Source of the DNA: Candidatus Velthaea sp.
GTDB lineage: Bacteria > Vulcanimicrobiota > Vulcanimicrobiia > Vulcanimicrobiales > Vulcanimicrobiaceae
DNA length: 33,352 nucleotides
NCBI GenBank assembly: GCA_050012475.1
Contig: JBEKHC010000054.1
Coordinates: forward strand, 1 to 33,352
Direction of reading: 5' to 3'
In this document: positions 27,371 to 33,352 of the stretch, one piece after another
How the letters are laid out: the number at the start of each line of letters is the position of its first letter
Position numbering within the stretch: the stretch's first letter is position 1
Notes under the pieces: model-generated
Database searches by the model: none
What the model saw: the letters and a program-made list of their open reading frames with translations, nothing else
What the model was told of the DNA's origin: nothing
Program-made: the position numbers and the translations under genes

Positions 27371-27474
27371 GGTATGCCTCTTTCTCGATGACCGGGAGCA
27401 AGCCGCTACTTGCGACGTTCTCTTCGTCACGCGTCGTGCAAAGCCCGACTCGCTTTTGAGGGTGATTTCCCCCC

Positions 27475-27517
27475 GGTGATGGTTATCACCGTTCGGGACG
27501 GGGTCCCGGAGTAGCGT
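27475..27517 (+). promoter_or_regulatory. CRP/FNR-like palindrome plus -10 element (bchL promoter)
   Basis: GGTGA-TGGTTA-TCACC (27475-27490), 21 bp, TAGCGT (27512-27517); extra GGTGAT half-site at 27461-27466. Confidence 0.75.
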
Positions 27518-27572
27518 TCTTTCCAAGGCCGGCAGCGGCGCGCTGGGGCCAGTGGTGGCGTCCGGAGGTAGT

Positions 27573-28409
27573 ATGCTCAAGCTTGCGGTGTACGGCAAGG
27601 GCGGGATCGGCAAAAGTACCTTTTCTTCGAATCTCTCGGCCGCGTTCGGCCGGATGGGCAAGAAGACGATCCAGGTAGGCTGCGATCCCAAGCACGATTC
27701 GACGTTTACCCTCACCGGAAATCTCATCCCGACCGTGGTCGAAGTGCTCTCTTCATACAAATTCAAGACCGATGAGATCGAGCGCGACGAGATCATCTTC
27801 AAAGGCAAATACGAGGTCGATTGCGTCGAAGCCGGCGGACCGCCCGCGGGCGCCGGCTGCGGCGGATACGTGGTCGGCGAGACGGTGAAATTGCTCGAGA
27901 AATTCGGCGTCTACAAAGACTACGAAATCATGGTTTTCGACGTGTTGGGCGACGTCGTATGCGGCGGTTTCTCAGCGCCGCTGCAGCATTCCGAGCAAGT
28001 CATCATCGTCGCCACGAACGACTTCGACTCGATCTTCGCGGCGAATCGCATCGCGACCGCGATCGGCATCAAGCAGAAGACGGGCGGCGGATTGCTCGCC
28101 GGACTTGTGGCGAACCGCGCCAGCGACGCGGAACTCGTGGGTCCGTACGCTGCCCGCATCGGCTCGGTCTGCCTGACGACGATCCCGGAAAACGACGGCG
28201 TGCGCAAGAGCCGGCTCACGGCACAAACCGTCTTCGAACAGGATCCCACCGGCTTTATCGGCCAGCCCTGGACAGATCTTGCCGTTCGGTTGCTCGCGGG
28301 TGTGCCGCTAACCGTTCCGACACCAATTCCCGAGCGCGAATTGTTCGCTCAGCTTGGCGCCGACTACGTCCGCGCCGCCGATATCCCGGCTCCCGCGATG
28401 GCGGTCTGA
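27573..28409 (+). CDS. bchL: Dark-operative protochlorophyllide reductase iron-sulfur ATP-binding protein
   Basis: [64 protein letters not shown] are BchL/ChlL-type; GGAGG at 27564-27568. Confidence 0.92.
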   Translation: MLKLAVYGKGGIGKSTFSSNLSAAFGRMGKKTIQVGCDPKHDSTFTLTGNLIPTVVEVLSSYKFKTDEIERDEIIFKGKYEVDCVEAGGPPAGAGCGGYVVGETVKLLEKFGVYKDYEIMVFDVLGDVVCGGFSAPLQHSEQVIIVATNDFDSIFAANRIATAIGIKQKTGGGLLAGLVANRASDAELVGPYAARIGSVCLTTIPENDGVRKSRLTAQTVFEQDPTGFIGQPWTDLAVRLLAGVPLTVPTPIPERELFAQLGADYVRAADIPAPAMAV

Positions 28410-28423
28410 TCGACGGAAGCGCA

Positions 28424-28461
28424 AAGCCGGCGAACCGAATGGATCGCCGGCTTCTTTTCTT
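28424..28461 (+). terminator. Intrinsic terminator after bchL
   Basis: AAGCCGGCGA-N10-TCGCCGGCTT followed by CTTTTCTT. Confidence 0.75.
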
Positions 28462-28503
28462 GGCTGCTGCTAATGGTCGCGGCTTTGCGGGGGGCTCCGG
28501 CGA

Positions 28504-28875
28504 CTAGCTGTGCAGTTTCTTCATTGCGACGTTCGAGTCGTTGAGGATCAGGACCCGGTCGGCGTGCGGTCGCCCGAGGAACTTCTGATCGTAAAACACC
28601 TTCACGTATTGGCCGTTGTGCAGTGACCCTTGCTGCATGGTCTTGCCATGGCTCTTGAAGACCTTGTTGAAGCGCGGGACGAGCAGGAAGCTCAAAGTTT
28701 TTTTCGACTTGGGGTCGGTTACTTTGAGATTGTCCGACGAGACGTGATCGACGAGTCCTTGAAAAACCTCGGAGCCCGCCTTCTCAGCGGCTGCCGCGGG
28801 CGCAAACGGCAAGCTGAGCAGTACCATCGAACTGGCGAGCGCAGCGATTTTGGCGCGATATAAGTGCTTCATCAT
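28504..28875 (-). CDS. Small exported basic hypothetical protein
   Basis: Signal peptide ending AAA; FQGLVDHVS...LHNGQYVKVFY...ADRV pattern suggests an OB-like beta fold. Confidence 0.7.
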   Translation of the reverse strand: MMKHLYRAKIAALASSMVLLSLPFAPAAAAEKAGSEVFQGLVDHVSSDNLKVTDPKSKKTLSFLLVPRFNKVFKSHGKTMQQGSLHNGQYVKVFYDQKFLGRPHADRVLILNDSNVAMKKLHS

Positions 28876-28935
28876 GCCGGCCGTATACCCAGGTTGAAGC
28901 AGCCAGCCAACATTTTTGAGCGACCGAGCGGTCCA

Positions 28936-29694
28936 TCACTGCCGTAGAAGGACTTTCGATCGCCTCGCCCCGCCGCAGCACCTCACGAACGCGGTCGGCT
29001 TTAGCGCGGATTGCGGCGCGCCGCTCCGCCGCCGGCCTCGCCAGCTGCGAACGATGACCGCCAAGCGCGGATTGCGCGCGAACCGTTCTTCGAGCCGACG
29101 ATAATGTCCCAGTACAGCGAATTGAACGGGCAGGCATCGCCGGTATCGATGGTCGTATCGATCTCGTTTGCCGACGCACAGTAGGGATTCGTCTCGAGAT
29201 AGCCGCCGTCGGCAGGGCGCCATTCCGATCACGTTGGGCACCATCAGCCAATCGTACCCGTCGACGAAGATCGCCCGGAACCAATCGTTGATTTCATTCG
29301 GATCGAAGCTGGGCGCAAGGCGAATTCCGCAAGGCCCTCAAGCGCAGGATAGGGTGGGCATAACCCGTCTTGACGCACATGGTCCACGAACATCCCCGAA
29401 CGCGCAGATTCGACCAGTCCGATTGGTGCATCATGCGTACGTGCGCCGGGCGGTAACGCGCGCGAAGTCTTCATGCTCAGCGTACGAATCGACCGTCCAG
29501 CCGGCGACACGCAAATCGTCAGTACAATGGCGCATCACCGCGTACACCAAAACGAGCTTGCGCGTGTGATATGCGATGCGCTTGGCGCGCGGGATCGATT
29601 CGATCATGCGCACGACCGCGTTTGCCGGATCGATGCCGCCCAGAGCGGAATGGTGCGGCGTATATCGGCTACAACCCAAACGGTCGCGAGGCAT
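28936..29694 (-). pseudogene. Degraded CryB/PhrB-type (FeS-BCP) cryptochrome/photolyase
   Basis: Ordered fragments in different frames: HSALGGIDPANAVVRMIE..YHTRKLVLVYAVMRH; GYAHPILRL; INDWFRAIFVDGYDWLMVPNVIGMA; ADGGYLET; PYCASAN; ACPFNSLYWD; RFARNPRL. Only ~0.76 kb remains. Boundaries approximate. Confidence 0.85.
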
Positions 29695-29723
29695 CTGCAG
29701 GGCCCCGGCCAGGTCGCCCGGGA

Positions 29724-30302
29724 TTAGGGGATCTTGACGATGAGCTGCTGGTGGGCGGTACGGGTGAAATCGCCGGGGAAGTTCCCGTGGTCCTGGTCGT
29801 CACTATGATAGATCGTGACGATCCAGGTGCCCGACGTAATGTGCTGCGGCGCGCTGACGGCGACGCTGGCCGAGCCGTCCTGATGGGCGTCGAAATTGTT
29901 GGTGATCCCGCTTCCGTCGATGGGGACGAAGTGCTGTCCGTCGGAATCGTCCGTTCTCAGGAAGACGCTGTAGTGCCCGAAGGCGATGAGCCGGCGCAGG
30001 CTGAGGGTCACCTGATCGCCACCTCCGTCGTTCTGAGGAACGACGTCGAGGGTGCCGTTCGCGGCACGCCACTTCTCGAGCGTAAAATAGAGCGCATCGC
30101 CGGTCGCGTCGAACAGCGGCAGGCTCGGATCGTCGTCCGGCCGGGCCCCGCGCAGCGCGTCGCCGGCGTGGACGAAGACCTGCGGCGGCGTCTGCGTCGT
30201 CTGGACGTCGACGGGCTGGAGCGACAGATTCGTCACCGCCGCCGCCGCCGGACGCAGGCAAGCCACGATGGCCGCAATCGTCAGCACGGTCCGTAGATTC
30301 AT
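29724..30302 (-). CDS. Exported hypothetical protein
   Basis: Signal peptide MNLRTVLTIAAIVACLRPAAA; beta-rich; C-terminal YHSDDQDHG...AHQQL. Start could be 30320. Confidence 0.75.
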   Translation of the reverse strand: MNLRTVLTIAAIVACLRPAAAAVTNLSLQPVDVQTTQTPPQVFVHAGDALRGARPDDDPSLPLFDATGDALYFTLEKWRAANGTLDVVPQNDGGGDQVTLSLRRLIAFGHYSVFLRTDDSDGQHFVPIDGSGITNNFDAHQDGSASVAVSAPQHITSGTWIVTIYHSDDQDHGNFPGDFTRTAHQQLIVKIP

Positions 30303-31134
30303 GTCCGTCCAACGCATCATCTACCCGCCGCGTTCCGTCGTCAGCCGGCTCGAACCCTACGTCGAGTTTGCCAAAAAAGCGTTTTCGCGCGAGGCGACGT
30401 ACCGGCTCGAGGTCTTCACGAACTTGGGCAGCCTGCTCGTCCGCGTGTACCTGCTGCGCATGCTGTGGACCGCCCTCTACGCGCAAAACGCCGCTCCCGC
30501 GGGTGTTCCCCTGCATGCGATTCTGACCTATTCGGCGGTCGCACTGCTGATGTCGCTGGTCCTCGAGGTCGACGGTACGCGCATGATCCGCGAGAAAATT
30601 CGCGAAGGAACGATCGCAACCGACCTCATGAAGCCGATCAGTTTGCCGCTTTATTTTTTTAGCGATGGTTTTGGACAAACGCTGTTCCATGCGATGTTGA
30701 TCGTGCCCGCGATCGCGCTGGCGTTGCTGCTCGTCCATATCGACGTTCCGAGTTCCGCCGTGCTGGGTGCGTTTGCGTTGAGTTTCGCGCTGGGCTATTG
30801 CGTTAATTTTCTGCTGAATTTTCTGATGAACTCGATCGCCTTCTGGACCCTCGAAACGTTCGCCATCCAAATGATGGTGCGCTGGATCTCCGATCTGCTC
30901 AGCGGACAGATCGTGCCATTGATCTTCTTCCCCGGGATTTGGCAAGCCCTGATGCTCGGGCTGCCGTTCGCCGCGATCTATTCGACGCCGCTGTTGATTT
31001 ACGTCGGAACGATCGGACCCGAGCGCTATGCGGCCGTACTGCTGCTGCAACTCGTTTGGCTGGGCGTCTTCGCGGTTGCTGCCGCGCTGATGTGGCGCGC
31101 GGCGCGGCAGCGCGTCGTCGTGCAAGGCGGCTGA
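30301..31134 (+). CDS. ABC-2 family transporter permease (DUF990 type)
   Basis: FSREATYRLE, IREGTIATDLMKP, LLSGQIVPL.FFP, LPFAAIYSTP, C-terminal VVVQGG. Start uncertain. Confidence 0.85.
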   Translation: MSVQRIIYPPRSVVSRLEPYVEFAKKAFSREATYRLEVFTNLGSLLVRVYLLRMLWTALYAQNAAPAGVPLHAILTYSAVALLMSLVLEVDGTRMIREKIREGTIATDLMKPISLPLYFFSDGFGQTLFHAMLIVPAIALALLLVHIDVPSSAVLGAFALSFALGYCVNFLLNFLMNSIAFWTLETFAIQMMVRWISDLLSGQIVPLIFFPGIWQALMLGLPFAAIYSTPLLIYVGTIGPERYAAVLLLQLVWLGVFAVAAALMWRAARQRVVVQGG

Positions 31135-31135
31135 C

Positions 31136-31897
31136 ATGGACGCGCTGCTGTTTGATTTCGACGGCACGATTGCCGAGACCGAACGCTTGGGCCACCGCGT
31201 CGCCTACAACGCCGCGTTCGCGCAACTCGGCCTCGACTGGACGTGGGATACCAAACTCTACGGCGAGCTGTTGGCGATCGGCGGCGGCAAAGAGCGCATC
31301 GCCCACTACCTCGATCGCTACCGCAACGGCGGCCGCGTTTACGGCGACCGTGCCGAACTCATTGCAGCGATCCACGAACGCAAACAGCAGCTCTTCAACG
31401 CGCTTGCTCCTTCGATCGCGATCCGGCCCGGCGTACGGCGCGTCGTGCGGGAAGCGCGTGCGGCGGGCGTGCGTCTGGCAATCGTGACGACGGCCGCGCG
31501 CGCCGGCGTCGATGCCATCCTGGCACGCGAACCCGAGCTGCGCGACGCTTTCGATTTCATCGCGGCGGGTGATGTCGTGCCGCACAAGAAGCCCGCGCCC
31601 GATATCTACGTCTACGTGCTCGCTGCGCTCGGGCTGCGCGCCGAGCGTTGCGTGGCCCTCGAGGATGCCGCGATCGGGCTGCGCGCGGCCCGCGCGGCGG
31701 GGATTGCTACGCTGATAACGGTCAGCGAGTACACCCGCGACGAAGATTTCAGCGGCGCCGCCGCCGTCGTCAGCGACCTCGGTGAACCAGCCGCACCGCT
31801 CCACCTGCTCGCCGGCGCGCCGCCACCGGAGGGTTTCGTCAACCTTGCCTACTTGCGGCGGCTGCTCGCGATCGGTCCAACTCATCACCCAGCGTGA
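31136..31897 (+). CDS. cbbY: HAD hydrolase, CbbY family
   Basis: FDFDGTIAETERLGHRVAYNAAF..GLDWTWD..LYG.LL.IGGGKERI, KKPAPDIY, LEDA.IGL.AA. Confidence 0.8.
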   Translation: MDALLFDFDGTIAETERLGHRVAYNAAFAQLGLDWTWDTKLYGELLAIGGGKERIAHYLDRYRNGGRVYGDRAELIAAIHERKQQLFNALAPSIAIRPGVRRVVREARAAGVRLAIVTTAARAGVDAILAREPELRDAFDFIAAGDVVPHKKPAPDIYVYVLAALGLRAERCVALEDAAIGLRAARAAGIATLITVSEYTRDEDFSGAAAVVSDLGEPAAPLHLLAGAPPPEGFVNLAYLRRLLAIGPTHHPA

Positions 31898-31912
31898 TCG
31901 ATCCAGACGTCG

Positions 31913-32179
31913 CTATTCCCAGCCGATATCGTCGATATAACACCACTTCCAGTCTTCGCCCCGCTCGAGCGACGAAATGATCGGATGCTCCGTCGCGTGA
32001 TAGTGCTTGGTCGCATGCTTGTTCTTCGAGGAATCGCAGCAGCCCACGTGCCCGCAGTGGGTGCAAAGGCGGAGGTGAACCCAGGTGTCGCCGAGTTTGA
32101 GACATTCTTCGCAGCCCTTGGTGTGCGGCTGCACGTCGCGGATCGTGTCGAGATGCGAGCAGTGTACCGATGCCGTCAT
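31913..32179 (-). CDS. UBP-type zinc finger domain protein
   Basis: CSH...GCEEC...WVHLRLCTHCGHVGCCDSS..KHATKH...W.WCYID. Confidence 0.92.
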   Translation of the reverse strand: MTASVHCSHLDTIRDVQPHTKGCEECLKLGDTWVHLRLCTHCGHVGCCDSSKNKHATKHYHATEHPIISSLERGEDWKWCYIDDIGWE

Positions 32180-32239
32180 GACGTTATCGTTCCCATTACG
32201 GCGCGCCGCCTATCGCGGACGAGCGCGAACCGGCCCTAT

Positions 32240-33136
32240 TCACAACGCGATTTCTCCGCGCGCGGCCAACCGGCCAATGAGCAAGTGATAATACAGCATG
32301 CCGCGCTGCGGACCCAACGCCGCGAGCAGCGTGTGCACGTCGATCGCCGGTTCGCCCGAGAGATCTTTGAGGCTGCGCGCCACCCCCGAATCGTTGAGCG
32401 GGAAGGTGTCCAGCCGGCCGAAGCCGCGTAGCGCGATGACCGCCGCCGTCCACGGACCGATGCCTTTGAAGGTGACCAATCGCGCCGCGAGTTCACCCGT
32501 TTCGAGCGGTTCGAGCGCGTGTGCATCGAGCGCGCCGTCGAGCACGGCGCGCGCCAACGTTCGCAGCGCGACCACCTTGTTCACGCTCAATCCGACCGCG
32601 CGCAGATCGAGCGGATCGGCATCGGCGACCGTTCGCGGCTGCACGAACGGTGCAAGAGCGACGGCATCGACGACGTGCAGCGGTTCGTAGCGTTCGATCA
32701 AACGGCGCAAGATCGCCGCGGCCGCATGAATGCTTACTTGCTGAAAGACGACCGCGTTGACGATGGCCTCCCAGAGCGTCGGATAGCGCGGCGGCTTCAC
32801 GCCGCGGGCCGCCGTCACGATCCGGTCGAGCCACGGAAATCGCGCCGCGACCGCGTAGAAATGAGACAGATCGACGTCGGCGCCGAGCATTCGGCCGGTC
32901 AGCACGGCGATATCAATGTCCGTTGTGCCGGTGACCCGAAGGGTTAGCGCATCGGGCGCCGACTGGGAAACCTCAACCAACACCGGTTGCATGCTCTCGC
33001 CGAGCATCCGCCGATAAACGCAACCGTCGAAGACATCCACGACGTTGGTCGAGAGCCGACGCAGCGCGGTCGCGGTGAGGTCGAGCCGGTAGGGCGGCCG
33101 CACGGGGACGGTCCAGACACGAACGGAATCATCCAT
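32240..33136 (-). CDS. alkA: DNA-3-methyladenine glycosylase II family (HhH-GPD)
   Basis: WEAIVNAVVFQQVS, GLSVNK, LVTFKGIGPWTA, FPLND. Confidence 0.8.
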   Translation of the reverse strand: MDDSVRVWTVPVRPPYRLDLTATALRRLSTNVVDVFDGCVYRRMLGESMQPVLVEVSQSAPDALTLRVTGTTDIDIAVLTGRMLGADVDLSHFYAVAARFPWLDRIVTAARGVKPPRYPTLWEAIVNAVVFQQVSIHAAAAILRRLIERYEPLHVVDAVALAPFVQPRTVADADPLDLRAVGLSVNKVVALRTLARAVLDGALDAHALEPLETGELAARLVTFKGIGPWTAAVIALRGFGRLDTFPLNDSGVARSLKDLSGEPAIDVHTLLAALGPQRGMLYYHLLIGRLAARGEIAL

Positions 33137-33138
33137 CG

Positions 33139-33352
33139 ATGTACCTCGATACCTACGTGCAGTATTGGCGGATCAATCTGCTCACGATGCTCGAGTACCG
33201 GGCGAATTTTCTCATGTGGTTCGGTTTCACCATCGTCTACCACGCGACCGCCGTGATTGCCCTGTGGGTCACGCTCAACACGTTTCCTTCGCTCAACGGT
33301 TGGGATTTCCGCGAAACGGCGTTCATGTACGGCTTGTGGATGCTGGGGCACG
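33139..33352 (+). CDS. ABC-2 family transporter permease (DUF990 type), 5' part, runs off the window
   Basis: Manual translation MYLDTYVQYWRINLLTMLEYRANFLMWFGFTIVYHATAVIALWVTLNTFPSLNGWDFRETAFMYGLWMLGH; EYRANF and P.L.GW match the second permease of DUF990 pairs. Confidence 0.8.
   Translation, partial: MYLDTYVQYWRINLLTMLEYRANFLMWFGFTIVYHATAVIALWVTLNTFPSLNGWDFRETAFMYGLWMLGH

Noticed and set aside
27573..28409. NifH, BchX or CfbC assignment
   Set aside because: [13 protein letters not shown] and [15 protein letters not shown] match BchL/ChlL, not the NifH-type CDPKADST and GGPEPGVGCAGRG.

Overview
GC-rich bacterial chromosomal window with no phage, transposase, CRISPR, rRNA or tRNA signal. Left to right: a REP-like repeat cluster; an FrcBCA-type sugar ABC transporter; an acid-sphingomyelinase-like phosphoesterase; a second sugar ABC transporter; a lipid-handling block (GDSL lipoprotein, probable outer-membrane protein, two acyl-CoA ligases, a crotonase, an alpha/beta hydrolase lacking its catalytic Ser); a dispersed (bacterio)chlorophyll-synthesis set (AAA+/vWA chelatase subunit, a very divergent BchH-type large subunit, a stand-alone BchL) interleaved with a histone-H1-like gene, an MFS gene and a CMP-kinase-like gene; a decayed CryB/PhrB-type cryptochrome/photolyase; cbbY; a zf-UBP gene; alkA; and a split ABC-2 permease pair. 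Gene content suggests an anoxygenic phototroph, possibly Eremiobacterota/Vulcanimicrobiota (inference only). Main finding: bchH and bchL, 6 kb apart, carry the same promoter module, GGTGA-N6-TCACC + 21 bp + TAGCGT. At bchH the palindrome is centred exactly -41.5 from the ATG, suggesting a CRP/FNR-type class II activator regulon for scattered photosynthesis genes and a leaderless bchH mRNA. Also notable: divergent start codons with no intergenic space at both ABC-2 permease genes, and an unannotated 45-aa membrane peptide coupled to a probable CTG start.
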